The notes under the pieces: generated by a model
The model's input: only the letters and a program-made list of their open reading frames with translations
Databases searched by the model: none
Told to the model about the DNA's origin: nothing
Position numbers and translations under genes: made by a program
Shown here: piece after piece, positions 1 to 9,822 of the stretch
How the letters are laid out: each line of letters begins with the position of its first letter
Numbering within the stretch: position 1 is the stretch's first letter
Origin: an uncultured virus (IMG/VR IMGVR_UViG_3300010370_000033)
Taxonomy: Duplodnaviria > Heunggongvirae > Uroviricota > Caudoviricetes
IMG/VR virus record: IMGVR_UViG_3300010370_000033
Strand: one strand, 5' to 3'
DNA length: 64,000 nucleotides

Positions 1-503
1 ACACTTGAAACATAAGCATCAGGTGCAGAAGGATCGTGAACAATATCAGCGGCGGTTGCAAGCATAAAATCTTCACAGACTTCATTGTATCCTTTTGGAT
101 TTTGTCTTAGAGAACCTACTCCTCTTGAGGAAACTCCAAGTCTTACTCCTTCATCAAGTAAGGATTTTGCAATTTTTCCCATTGGGGTAGACTCGAGAAT
201 CTTTGCCTTTCCAATGAAATTTTTACCCTCTGGAACAAGCGAAACAATCTTAATTGCAACTCTATCTAGATTAATCGAGGGGGTCAAAGGGTGGCATAAT
301 TCCCCTACAGCCCTTCCTTCGTTCACATATTTCTGTGTATATCTCTTCACCTCTCTTTCCATAATGTTATAAGGATATAAGCGTCCATTACGATTCACAG
401 TTTCCGCTTGAAGAAACGGACCCGTAATATACAAACTCTTTTTACCATTTACAGTTTCAGTAAGAATTTCTACTGACTCAATCTCTTCTGTGATAAGTTT
501 CAT
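1..503 (-). CDS. g21: Prohead protease gp21 (runs off the window edge; not in ORF track)
   Basis: Manual translation: MKLITEEIESVEILTE...NRNGRLYP...GELCHP...NLDRV...GVSSRGVGSL...AADIVHDPSAPDA; position downstream of g20. Confidence 0.95.
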   Translation of the reverse strand, partial: MKLITEEIESVEILTETVNGKKSLYITGPFLQAETVNRNGRLYPYNIMEREVKRYTQKYVNEGRAVGELCHPLTPSINLDRVAIKIVSLVPEGKNFIGKAKILESTPMGKIAKSLLDEGVRLGVSSRGVGSLRQNPKGYNEVCEDFMLATAADIVHDPSAPDAYVSS

Positions 504-504
504 T

Positions 505-1059
505 TTATGCTTGCCCTGAAATTTGTACTTGTTGGAAATAAAGTGTTCCTGAACCACCGGAACCGTATGCAGAAACTTTTTGAGACATTCTGACTTCTGC
601 ATCAATTGGATTAAATGCAGTTACAATTCCAGAAGAATTATAATTTACTGTCATTCTTGTTTGATAATATCCATTTACACCTGAAGATGTATCTACAGAA
701 ATTACCGGAACGTGAGTAAAATTATAATAAGTTTGACCATAAGAAGTCAATGACACATAATCACCAACTCCAAAAGGAACCTGAGTACCTTCTGGAACGG
801 TTACAATTGTTGTAGTTCCAGTAACAATTCCAACTACACGATTGGATGCTTTAGTCAATGCAAGAGTTGCAGTTTGACCTGAAGGAACATAATAATCAGT
901 TACAGATGCAGATGGATTAGTTCCGATTGTAACGTGAGCTGCAGCACCAACGGCAACAACACGAAGAACATCGGATTGAACAGAAAATGAAGATGAGGTG
1001 GTTGCAGCACCTGCGGTAAATGCAAATGATGAACCTACTCCAACTGGTCTATGAGCCAT
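505..1059 (-). CDS. Cyanophage virion-associated hypothetical protein
   Basis: 184 aa, G/S/T/V-rich; ATAAATA late promoter at 1084-1090; lies in the head module. Confidence 0.6.
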   Translation of the reverse strand: MAHRPVGVGSSFAFTAGAATTSSSFSVQSDVLRVVAVGAAAHVTIGTNPSASVTDYYVPSGQTATLALTKASNRVVGIVTGTTTIVTVPEGTQVPFGVGDYVSLTSYGQTYYNFTHVPVISVDTSSGVNGYYQTRMTVNYNSSGIVTAFNPIDAEVRMSQKVSAYGSGGSGTLYFQQVQISGQA

Positions 1060-1089
1060 TATTTTTAATACACACTTATAAATTATTTA

Positions 1090-2346
1090 TCAATATATCT
1101 CTCTCCATCTTAAGGAAACGCCAACACTTGTTGAATCCGAACCGATATTTGTCACACGGACTGAAAAAATCTCTGAATCTGTAGAATCAAAATTTTGAGA
1201 TAGATAATTCTTTTTTGATGTTGGTCCAGATTGAATCTGTGCAGTATTTGCTGAGGGTTTTTGTTGATTTTGACTTTCTCCTGCAGCATATCCTCCCATA
1301 AAGTCCTCAAAAGGACCTACTGCAATCGTAGTTGCATTTTGATTATATTCTGCGACGGATTCGTCATTTTCAGAAATCCAAGTTCCTGTTGTTGAAAATC
1401 CTGAAGTTGATTTAAGTTTAACTACTTCATACTTTACGTTTGCTCCATTAGTGAAAACCGTAATATCTTCTAATTTTATAGTTGCTCGGTTTTGATATCC
1501 CTTGAATGAATTTTTTAATCTAATTGCAATAATTGGAACTGTAGAGCCGATTCCAACGGAACGAAGAGGTGTGGTATGTGAAAATTCTCTTCCCGCTTCT
1601 GTATATCCACCTTCACTCATCACGGAAGAGCAAATTTGAATAAATGAACCTCCAGCACCAACTTGAGTTCCACTATTGCTAATTTCACATCTCACTGGAA
1701 GATTTGGATTAGACATATAGACGGTAGTCAGATTATTTGAATTATAAAATTCGTGTGCTACGATATTTTTTCCATCCATACTAAATCCACATCTGACTCT
1801 TCCTACTCCCAACCATTCAAAGTCAGTAAAAAATAATTGAGTTTTTGTGATATCTAAAATGTAACCAGAAGGTCCATTTCCATCTAATTTATCTTTATTC
1901 CATTGAGATTGAGGTATTCTTCTTTCTGAAGTGCCAATTCCTGCAGTCGTGTATGAGCGAATTACAAAACTCAGAGTTCCATTTGACGCCTGTTCAAAGA
2001 AAATTCCATCTTTATCGTCAAAATATCCAGTTCTTTTAGTTACATTTTGTTGAGAATTACCGAAATTAAAAGTTGAGTAAATCAATTGAGATTTACCTGG
2101 CATATAGTGATGATATCTTTTTGTCTGGTGAATACAATATCCATTCGTACTAATTCCAGAACTTAAAACTGCTGCTGCTTGATTTCTTTCAAAAGTTACT
2201 GATGCTCCTACACCAGAAGTCACGTCAATAAAATCTGGATCAATAGAATAAAGATGTTTGTAATCACCTAAAGTAAATGGTTCTGATACTCTTAAACGAT
2301 TGAATGCATCAGATTCTGGTTTAAATGGTTCATATAAAAAAGACAT
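1090..2346 (-). CDS. Probable virion structural protein (beta-rich, DAFxRLRVSEP N-terminus)
   Basis: 418 aa ORF overlapping the upstream gene's stop; late module. Confidence 0.55.
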   Translation of the reverse strand: MSFLYEPFKPESDAFNRLRVSEPFTLGDYKHLYSIDPDFIDVTSGVGASVTFERNQAAAVLSSGISTNGYCIHQTKRYHHYMPGKSQLIYSTFNFGNSQQNVTKRTGYFDDKDGIFFEQASNGTLSFVIRSYTTAGIGTSERRIPQSQWNKDKLDGNGPSGYILDITKTQLFFTDFEWLGVGRVRCGFSMDGKNIVAHEFYNSNNLTTVYMSNPNLPVRCEISNSGTQVGAGGSFIQICSSVMSEGGYTEAGREFSHTTPLRSVGIGSTVPIIAIRLKNSFKGYQNRATIKLEDITVFTNGANVKYEVVKLKSTSGFSTTGTWISENDESVAEYNQNATTIAVGPFEDFMGGYAAGESQNQQKPSANTAQIQSGPTSKKNYLSQNFDSTDSEIFSVRVTNIGSDSTSVGVSLRWREIY

Positions 2347-3026
2347 TAGATTACCCTCCAGGAATTACCTTTCCAAATAAAAGTCAAACTTCCATAATCA
2401 TATGCAAGAATTGCTCTATCTCTACCATCAATTAAATCACTTCCCGAAGGTAGAACTGTAATATACCGATTTGTTCCTTTTGATGCCTCTCCAAGCTCAT
2501 CTTTAATCACAAAAATTTTTCCTTCCCTATCTGCATAAGGTAAAGTAATTGTGACTGCTCCAGCATATCTTACCCCAATATAGTAATCTTGTGGAGTAAC
2601 TGTGTATGATTCTGAAGTTACGGACGTAATTGGAACGTCCATAAATGTCAAATTTGTCTCACCTCCACCACCAAGAGTAGAGAGTTGTTGTTGTATTCTA
2701 GCTAAAAATATTTTATATTGTTTTTGCAAATCATCAAGAGTTGCAAAATTTTGATTTAATGGTGTAATCGGATCTGTTTGAATTTTTTTATCCGATGGTT
2801 CTGACAAAAGACCCAAAGATTTTTCAATTAAAGTTGATTCTTGAATATTCTCAACAGATTTATTTTTTTGAATCTTTCTTTTTTTCTTCGGATTTTTTTG
2901 CTCTTGAAGTGGCTTTAAAAATAGATCATCAAAGGAACCTGAGATTAGGCTCTCAAGTTCCTTTTGATTTTTTTCCTTTTCTTCATTTACAAAAGAAAAG
3001 AAGTCATTTAAATCGTATTGTTTCAC
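2346..3026 (-). CDS. Hypothetical late protein (charged N-half, fibre-like beta C-half after GGGGE)
   Basis: 226 aa ORF, GTG start. Confidence 0.5.
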   Translation of the reverse strand: MKQYDLNDFFSFVNEEKEKNQKELESLISGSFDDLFLKPLQEQKNPKKKRKIQKNKSVENIQESTLIEKSLGLLSEPSDKKIQTDPITPLNQNFATLDDLQKQYKIFLARIQQQLSTLGGGGETNLTFMDVPITSVTSESYTVTPQDYYIGVRYAGAVTITLPYADREGKIFVIKDELGEASKGTNRYITVLPSGSDLIDGRDRAILAYDYGSLTFIWKGNSWRVI

Positions 3027-3030
3027 AGAA

Positions 3031-3195
3031 TCATTCTTCTGAATTGAACATTACATTTGCTACAACTGGCCTTAGTTCATCAATTCTTTCTGCTGACTTT
3101 GCATAAAGAATATCTTTAATTGTATCACTAATCTCAGAAGGAGATTCATCAGAAGCAATCATATCCATTAGGTCATCCATTTGCATTTCTTCCAT
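3031..3195 (-). CDS. Small acidic protein following g20 (possible prohead core protein; not in ORF track)
   Basis: MEEMQMDDLMDMIASDESPSEISDTIKDILYAKSAERIDELRPVVANVMFNSEE; TATAAATA at 3208-3215. Confidence 0.75.
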   Translation of the reverse strand: MEEMQMDDLMDMIASDESPSEISDTIKDILYAKSAERIDELRPVVANVMFNSEE

Positions 3196-3207
3196 TTGAA
3201 TTTTATC

Positions 3208-3215
3208 TATTTATA
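3208..3215 (-). promoter_or_regulatory. T4-type late promoter TATAAATA
   Basis: Exact consensus 12 nt upstream of ATG at 3195. (A/C)TAAATA variants precede other late genes at 1084, 6926, 9794, 11058, 16517, 22233, 29074, 43356 (minus) and 43693, 47509 (plus). Confidence 0.85.
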
Positions 3216-4474
3216 TGTGCTCTACAAAACTCAAAGTATTTAGTAAACTAAATACTTATGTAGTTTAACTCATTCTAAATAAGAATGTATAGAGCATTTC
3301 GTTATAGATTTTATCCTTCGCCTTCTCAAGAACTTCTTTTAAAGAAAACTCTTGGTTGTAGTAGGTTTGTCTATAATCATTTTCTTGCTCTACGTATTCG
3401 TGAATGGACTACAAATCAAAAATCAGTTTCTTATAATGAAACTTCTTCAATCTTAACTCAATTAAAGAAAGAAGAAAGCACAAGTTGGTTAAATGAAGTT
3501 TCAGCAGTTGCCCTTCAACAATCTCTTCAAAACCTTCAAGAAGCATATAATAACTTCTTTAGGGGATTGAAGAAAAAACAAAAAGTTGGATTTCCTAGAT
3601 TCAAAAAGAAAAGTAACAGAAACTCTATTACTTTAACAAAAGCAGGATTCTCTTATAAAAATGGAGAAGTCTTTATTGCTAAATCTAAAAAACCTCTTTC
3701 TATCCGTTGGAGTAGGGAATTACCAAATGAGAACATTAGTTCAGTTAAGATGTCCTTAACTCCTTCGGGTAAATGGTTTATTTCCATTCTAGTGAATGAT
3801 GAAAATGACTATACTTTACCTCTTTGTAATAAAGTATTGGGAGTTGATTTGGGTATTGAAACCTTTGCTACATTATCTACTGGTGAAAAAGTTAAAATGC
3901 CTGATTTAAAACCTCATTATGAAAAACTCAAGAAACTTCAAAAGAAACATTCTAAAAGGAAAAATGGTTCTAAAAACAAAAATAAGGCAAGAATAAAAGT
4001 CGCAAGACAACACGAAAAGATTACCAACATCAGAACAGATTTCCATCATAAACTATCTACAAGAATTACCAACGAAAACCAAGTTATAGTTCTTGAAGAT
4101 TTAAATGTTTCTGGAATGGTAAAAAATAGAAAACTTGCTCGTGCTATATCTCAACAGGGATGGTCCCAATTTATATCGTTCCTAAAATACAAGACAACTA
4201 TGTATGGTAGAGAACTTTTACAAGTTGATAGATTCTATCCTTCAAGTAAAACTTGTAGTTCTTGTGGAACTATACAGTCTTCACTCCTATTAAACATAAG
4301 AGAATGGACCTGTGATTCTTGTGGGACTACTCACGACCGAGATATAAATGCAGCAAAGAATTTAATGGCGTTAGGAACTAGCGTTACTGCCTTTGGAGGA
4401 GATGTAGGACCTACTTGTAGGCAAACTCCGGTGAAGAAGGAATCCGCGACATCTTTAGTGTCGCGGTAGTTCAA
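3215..4474 (+). mobile_element. Non-autonomous IS200/IS605-family (IS1341-like) element, tnpB only
   Basis: tnpB opposite to all neighbours; right-end hairpin CCGCGACA-7nt-TGTCGCGG (4444-4466) followed by TCAA (4471-4474); left boundary inferred after TTTAT; no tnpA. Confidence 0.75.
3285..4469 (+). CDS. tnpB: RNA-guided endonuclease TnpB
   Basis: N-terminal YRFYP/GCSRFVYN helix region; RuvC motifs GVDLG, VLEDL, DRDINAA all intact; zinc ribbon CSSC...CDSC. Confidence 0.95.
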   Translation: MYRAFRYRFYPSPSQELLLKKTLGCSRFVYNHFLALRIREWTTNQKSVSYNETSSILTQLKKEESTSWLNEVSAVALQQSLQNLQEAYNNFFRGLKKKQKVGFPRFKKKSNRNSITLTKAGFSYKNGEVFIAKSKKPLSIRWSRELPNENISSVKMSLTPSGKWFISILVNDENDYTLPLCNKVLGVDLGIETFATLSTGEKVKMPDLKPHYEKLKKLQKKHSKRKNGSKNKNKARIKVARQHEKITNIRTDFHHKLSTRITNENQVIVLEDLNVSGMVKNRKLARAISQQGWSQFISFLKYKTTMYGRELLQVDRFYPSSKTCSSCGTIQSSLLLNIREWTCDSCGTTHDRDINAAKNLMALGTSVTAFGGDVGPTCRQTPVKKESATSLVSR

Positions 4475-4494
4475 TTATCAGATTTCTCCGCCTT
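4330..4494 (+). ncRNA. Predicted TnpB omega/reRNA (5' end approximate) with guide at about 4475-4494
   Basis: Known IS605 architecture: scaffold overlaps the tnpB 3' end and right end, guide is the flank after TCAA. Confidence 0.55.
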
Positions 4495-6898
4495 TGGGCA
4501 TTTTAACCGTAGAAGTGTCAAGTTCTGCTGCCTTTGCTGATGGTTTTGTAAGTCCAGCATTGTTTGCACCCTCTAAGTCTGGTTCATTCACTGGTTGTCC
4601 CAAATCCATTTGAGAAGTTCCTTGTGGCAATGGCATTCCAGTTTCTGGATCAATTGGTGCATTTGGATCTGGAATTTCTCCATTTTCAATTTCCTTTTTG
4701 ATAATTGCATCTTGTTCCAGAATCTCTTGGTCAGTTTGACGAAGAATTTTACGACGAACATAATCTTTGGAGAAATATTTACCTACATAAGGTTCTGCTA
4801 CTTGAACCATATTTAATCGTTCGTTAAGTAGTTCAGAATCTTTTAGTTCAGCAAAATGATTATCATAAAGAAAATCATATTGAATATGTTCGCTCATAAT
4901 ATCCCAATCTTCTGGTGTCACAATGTTCTTCAGAAGAAGCTGAGTTCTTAACATATCGTGAAACATATAAGAAAATCTTTTTCTTAAACGAGCAACGAAT
5001 TTGCTGAACTTTACTTCGTCACGTAGAATCTCAGATGAACGACCAAGATTGAATCCACCTTCACCTTCCATTCTTGATGGAGGAACATTTAGTGACCGAT
5101 AAAGTTTTTTCTTAAAATATTCAATATCTGTGATTTCTCCAAGATTTTGTCCTCCTGGAAGTGTTGTAATTTCGGTTCCCCTTCCACCTTCTCTACGAGG
5201 AAGCCAGAAGTCTTCTAGCATGCTCATGAATTTTTTCGTATCCGTAATTTCGCCTGTTGAGGCATCATATGTTAATTTGTTACGATATCTCATCATAACA
5301 TCACGAAGATATTGTTCGGCTTTAATTTTAGGAAGATTTCCTACATCAATATAGAAAATTCTTCTTTCTGGAGCCCTTGAGTTATGAACGATAATACCAT
5401 TTGCTACGAAATTATGTTTTTCGTGTGCGACTTCAATATCATAAACTTTTTCAATATCAACCTCCTCAACTGATTCAATTTTTTCAAATTTGGGTAACTT
5501 ATACTCACCAATATAAAGTTGATAATCTTCATTTTGTTTGTTGATGTTACTTGAAGCAACTCCTATAGAAGTAATAATTTCTTTAATATCTTCAATAAAT
5601 TTTTTATTATCTGATGAAATTTTCCAAGAGAATCCGTCAATAGTATCCATTTGAATACCATAAGAATCTAAGACTTTACCAATATAATTTAATTTTACTT
5701 CATTACTTGATACAAAAAGATTTTCTGGAATTTCTTGTCTATTATTAAACTCTATAAAAATTTTATTAATGTCATTTTCTTCCTGACTAATATAAGTTAA
5801 ACAATGCCTCTTAGGTTCAAGGTCTTTAATCGGAACATACTTTACATCATTTGTCGTAGAATCATAAACTAAAATTGGATGAGTATCAGTTCCTACTACA
5901 CTATGATGCTTTGACTTTACTTTATATGTCTGCTTAACACCAGTTAACCATTTATTTGTAACTTGAGTTTCAACTAATTTATCAACTCTATTATCATAAG
6001 AATAAACAGTATCTCCTACTTGAATATCTTTGATGTAAGAATACCCTTTATCAGTTTTAACTCTGGTGTCTCCAATTAAACACAGACGATAAATTACCAA
6101 AGAATCCTCAATCATTCTGAGTTGATTCAGAGATTTAATTGCTTTATGCAAATAAGATAAAGTTGAACCCTTATTTCTATCAATCAATCCAGAGTGACAA
6201 TAAGTAATTGCATCTTTAGTAAATTTAATTCCTCCAGTTCCACCAAGAGATGATGGATTTGTGGTGGGGAAAGACATTTTTGGATTATAAACATAATATT
6301 CCTCAATTTTTGGAAATTCATATTCCATCGGATTAGAACTTCCCACGTTCGCCAATCTTTTTTGGCGGCGAGATTCATCAGTTTCTTTTTCTTGCCTCAC
6401 ATATCTCATTTTCATTGCATCAATATATCTCAATTCTTGAATGCCAAGATTGGGATTTTTAAAATCAATGACTTTATGATAATAAAGTCTTCCATCAATA
6501 TACCAGTTACGATATATTTCGTGAGACTTCTTATCAAAATCTAAAAGTTCTAAAATATACTTAAATTCTTCTCTAATTTTCCTTTTAATTCCATCACTCG
6601 CATTTAAATTTGATAGCTCAATTGCAATTGGACTATCATTCGTATCACTTACAATTGCTTCATTTACAATATCTTCAATGGCACTATCACATTCTGGATG
6701 AAGTGCCATTTCACGATATCTTTTAATTAAGTCAAATTCAGTTCTATAAACACCTTCAATATCTACATAAGATCCAAAGAATCCACTCGTTAGATAAAAA
6801 TCACTCCCGTCCGCATTGTTAGGCGGAACGGGAGATACTACTGTGGGATTTACCTTTTCATTTGAATCTTCAATAGAAAAACCAAAAAGTCTTGCCAT
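4478..6898 (-). CDS. g20: Portal vertex protein gp20 containing an intein
   Basis: MARLFGFSI, YREMALHPECD, LRMIEDSLVIYR, APERRIFYIDVGNLPK, EDFWLPRREGGRGTEITTLPGG; 572 aa after intein removal. Confidence 0.97.
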   Translation of the reverse strand: MARLFGFSIEDSNEKVNPTVVSPVPPNNADGSDFYLTSGFFGSYVDIEGVYRTEFDLIKRYREMALHPECDSAIEDIVNEAIVSDTNDSPIAIELSNLNASDGIKRKIREEFKYILELLDFDKKSHEIYRNWYIDGRLYYHKVIDFKNPNLGIQELRYIDAMKMRYVRQEKETDESRRQKRLANVGSSNPMEYEFPKIEEYYVYNPKMSFPTTNPSSLGGTGGIKFTKDAITYCHSGLIDRNKGSTLSYLHKAIKSLNQLRMIEDSLVIYRLCLIGDTRVKTDKGYSYIKDIQVGDTVYSYDNRVDKLVETQVTNKWLTGVKQTYKVKSKHHSVVGTDTHPILVYDSTTNDVKYVPIKDLEPKRHCLTYISQEENDINKIFIEFNNRQEIPENLFVSSNEVKLNYIGKVLDSYGIQMDTIDGFSWKISSDNKKFIEDIKEIITSIGVASSNINKQNEDYQLYIGEYKLPKFEKIESVEEVDIEKVYDIEVAHEKHNFVANGIIVHNSRAPERRIFYIDVGNLPKIKAEQYLRDVMMRYRNKLTYDASTGEITDTKKFMSMLEDFWLPRREGGRGTEITTLPGGQNLGEITDIEYFKKKLYRSLNVPPSRMEGEGGFNLGRSSEILRDEVKFSKFVARLRKRFSYMFHDMLRTQLLLKNIVTPEDWDIMSEHIQYDFLYDNHFAELKDSELLNERLNMVQVAEPYVGKYFSKDYVRRKILRQTDQEILEQDAIIKKEIENGEIPDPNAPIDPETGMPLPQGTSQMDLGQPVNEPDLEGANNAGLTKPSAKAAELDTSTVKMPKGGEI
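5381..6082 (-). mobile_element. Intein (234 aa) in gp20 with decayed endonuclease remnant
   Basis: VIYRL|CLIGDT...TDTHPIL...VYDIEV...NFVANGIIVHN|SRAPE. Confidence 0.93.
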
Positions 6899-6931
6899 AA
6901 TTAATTTAATTTAGTTTGATTCTACTATTTA

Positions 6932-7546
6932 TCAGGTGGGCTGAGTGTTCCTATTATCGGTCACATCAAGAGGTCTCCAGTATTGAACTTGGAATTCTGC
7001 TGTAAATTCTTCAATAATATCTGCAGTATCATAAGAAAGATCAATTGGTGCTACGTTTGTTGGAAAAATATCAACAAATTCGTATGTGGCGATTACTCCA
7101 TTTGCTGATGCAGTATCAGTAAGGCCACCTCCAGTGGTTTGTCCTGGAGTGGTAGCACTTCTTCTAAGTTGCTTTACTTTAGCATTTTGCATATATTGAG
7201 CTGGATTGGTCAAACCGCTTGCATCTGCATATTGACCAATCACTTGAGACCATCTTTCCATTGTTCTACGAATGGAAAAATCTTCATCATTGATTACAGT
7301 AATAGTCCAAGGATCATAAGTCCTTTCTCCAGCAACTTTGAAGATTCTTCCACGAAAAGGAACGTCCACACTCGCAATGTTTGAACCCGGAAGAGCTGCA
7401 GCCTTGCAAAGAATGGAAAAATTAGTGTCACTATAACCAGTTGCTTTTTGAACTGCAGTTGGAATTGTTAATTCCACTTGGAATAAATTTGCACGAGCAC
7501 CACCACCCTTTAGAGCAGCTTTGAAGTCTTGAATTGAATGAGCCAT
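6932..7546 (-). CDS. g19: Tail tube protein gp19
   Basis: GGARANLF, CKAAALP, FRGRIFKVAGER, WTITVINDEDF, IEEFT; synteny. Confidence 0.95.
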   Translation of the reverse strand: MAHSIQDFKAALKGGGARANLFQVELTIPTAVQKATGYSDTNFSILCKAAALPGSNIASVDVPFRGRIFKVAGERTYDPWTITVINDEDFSIRRTMERWSQVIGQYADASGLTNPAQYMQNAKVKQLRRSATTPGQTTGGGLTDTASANGVIATYEFVDIFPTNVAPIDLSYDTADIIEEFTAEFQVQYWRPLDVTDNRNTQPT

Positions 7547-7577
7547 TTTTAAGTCCTCCTTGTAAATTTAATAATGA

Positions 7578-9758
7578 TCAAACAGTTCCAGCCACTTCTT
7601 CAAAACTTACTCCAGTACGAGTAGCAACGAAAGTAAGAGTAATATAATTAATAGATTTGGTTGGCTTTAGATAAATATCAGCTCTGAACTCATTATTATC
7701 AATTACATCAGGGGTATTATTTGTAGTATCGCAAACTACTAGAAACTCATAAAGACCTCTTTTTGCTTGAACATCACGAAGATATGGTTCAACAACATTT
7801 TTAAAGTTTGCACGAGTGAGTTCATCATTGAGTTCAAATAGTTGAGCATTTGCAGTTCTTTGAAGTGCTTGCTCAATTGTAAGAAATAGTCTGCGAACGT
7901 TAATTCTATCAAATGCAGATGAATAACCTAGAGCAGTTTTATCACCAAAAAGAACGGTCCCAACGCCAGGCTGTGTTACAATTGCATTAATTCTCTGAGG
8001 ATAAAGTTGATCTCTTTGAGACTTGCTGGGATTATATGCTAGTTTGATCGCATTATTTAAAATTCCACGTTGTTGACCCGCTGGTGAGAACCAAGGATAT
8101 GCAACAATGTTTGTGCGACACATCAGTCCAGCAATATCGGCATTACAAGGAATATAGACAAATTTATTGTTAAATCTATCATAAGTATATTTGTATCCAC
8201 TATCAAAGACTGCGTAAGATGAGGACGCAAGTGGGCTGAAGAAGCTAATGATATTATTTGTTTGAGTTGTAGTATTTGTAATATTTACTACATCAGAACG
8301 ATGGGGAGAAATAGTTGCAACACAATCTTTACGAAGTTCAGCAATTGCAATTAGACTATTTGCCTTTGCTTGAGAATCCTCCTTACTATCCATTCCTGGA
8401 CCCATAATCAAATAATCAACAGCAATTGAGTCCTTATTTGAGAATAGATCATAAGAGGACACAATGTCAGCAAGAGTTGCTTTAAGGCCATTTGAAACAG
8501 AATAATCAACGCCACCAGTTAGAGTATAAGTGACATTTCCGATTGCACTAAAAGCAGTTCCTTGAGCATTAGATCCCCAAAGACCTTGACCACTTGTATA
8601 AGGAGTAAATGCAGTTGAAAATCCAATAGCTCTTGGAGCAGTTCCCCAATAAGAATCTAAAGCACTTGATGGATTTGAACCAGAAAATACTTGAGAAGAA
8701 AAATCTGCAAGATACTGCTTATACCAGATTTTTTGAGGTGAGTTTACTGCAGAAACAGAATCTAGAGCTTTTGAAAGACCTAAATGCTTTTCAAGAATTG
8801 AGCCTTGAACACCACTGATTTTTCCTAAGTCGTCAACGACTACAACGTGAAGTGCATCACCTTTTCCGTTTCTTTCAAGAGAATAACGATTTGTTACTGG
8901 TTTTGGAGCAATAGATTTCCAGTAAATGGTAGAATTTGTTAGACTTAAAGTCTGTTCATTATACCAATCTTTCACTGAAGAAACTGATGCTGAACCCGTT
9001 GAAATGCCAGAATTGTTTACAAATGTTAGAGAATTACCACTAGCATAAGAGGATCCAACGGAACCTTCGGCATATGTAATTGGAGTTTCAGTTCCAGTAG
9101 AAGAAACTCTAGAAACAATCTTTACAGAAATTGTGCTATTTGAATTTGTAGAGTCAGTAGAAACTCCAGTAATAATTCCTTTTAAGTAACCATTGAATAC
9201 TGCAGTTGTTCCTGAACCCGCAAGAACGGCTGAAATACCAGTAGTTACTCCATATCCGATTTGAGCACCAACAGCACCTAAATCGGAAGTACTAATTCCA
9301 ATAATTTGATCAGCTAAATCATCAATAACGCAGACCTTTAATCCATTTGCCCAAGAACCTGGATTCTTAGCGGCAAAAGTAAAGGTGGATGAAGAAGCCC
9401 AATTATTCAAATAATCATCATAATTTTTAATTTTTGCTGATGATGTAGAAGCAATTCCAACACCAGCATTTGCGTTATTCAGTGTAGAACCATCGGTTCT
9501 TACAACTTTCATTACGCCTCCATATGAAAGATAGGATGAAGCACTCATCCAATATTCATATTGTGAATCGGTTTGAGATGGTCTACCGAAAACGTTGATT
9601 AAGTCTTGTTCTGTTGCAATATCAATTGGGAAATCTACTGGACCAATTGGAAATGGACCCGCAATTCCTCCAATATTATCTAAAACATTATCAGCTCTTC
9701 CTACACTTAAATCAACCTCTCTGACTAATACACCAGGAGATAATTGAGGAGTCGCCAT
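7578..9758 (-). CDS. g18: Tail sheath protein gp18
   Basis: SPGVLVREVDL, PWFSPAGQQRG, FDRINVRRLF, SINYITLTFVATRTGVSF. Confidence 0.97.
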   Translation of the reverse strand: MATPQLSPGVLVREVDLSVGRADNVLDNIGGIAGPFPIGPVDFPIDIATEQDLINVFGRPSQTDSQYEYWMSASSYLSYGGVMKVVRTDGSTLNNANAGVGIASTSSAKIKNYDDYLNNWASSSTFTFAAKNPGSWANGLKVCVIDDLADQIIGISTSDLGAVGAQIGYGVTTGISAVLAGSGTTAVFNGYLKGIITGVSTDSTNSNSTISVKIVSRVSSTGTETPITYAEGSVGSSYASGNSLTFVNNSGISTGSASVSSVKDWYNEQTLSLTNSTIYWKSIAPKPVTNRYSLERNGKGDALHVVVVDDLGKISGVQGSILEKHLGLSKALDSVSAVNSPQKIWYKQYLADFSSQVFSGSNPSSALDSYWGTAPRAIGFSTAFTPYTSGQGLWGSNAQGTAFSAIGNVTYTLTGGVDYSVSNGLKATLADIVSSYDLFSNKDSIAVDYLIMGPGMDSKEDSQAKANSLIAIAELRKDCVATISPHRSDVVNITNTTTQTNNIISFFSPLASSSYAVFDSGYKYTYDRFNNKFVYIPCNADIAGLMCRTNIVAYPWFSPAGQQRGILNNAIKLAYNPSKSQRDQLYPQRINAIVTQPGVGTVLFGDKTALGYSSAFDRINVRRLFLTIEQALQRTANAQLFELNDELTRANFKNVVEPYLRDVQAKRGLYEFLVVCDTTNNTPDVIDNNEFRADIYLKPTKSINYITLTFVATRTGVSFEEVAGTV

Positions 9759-9822
9759 ATTTTTCTCCGTAAAGTCTCAGTTTATCTAAAAAATATTTAT
9801 GAAAAACTGTATTTTCAGAAGA

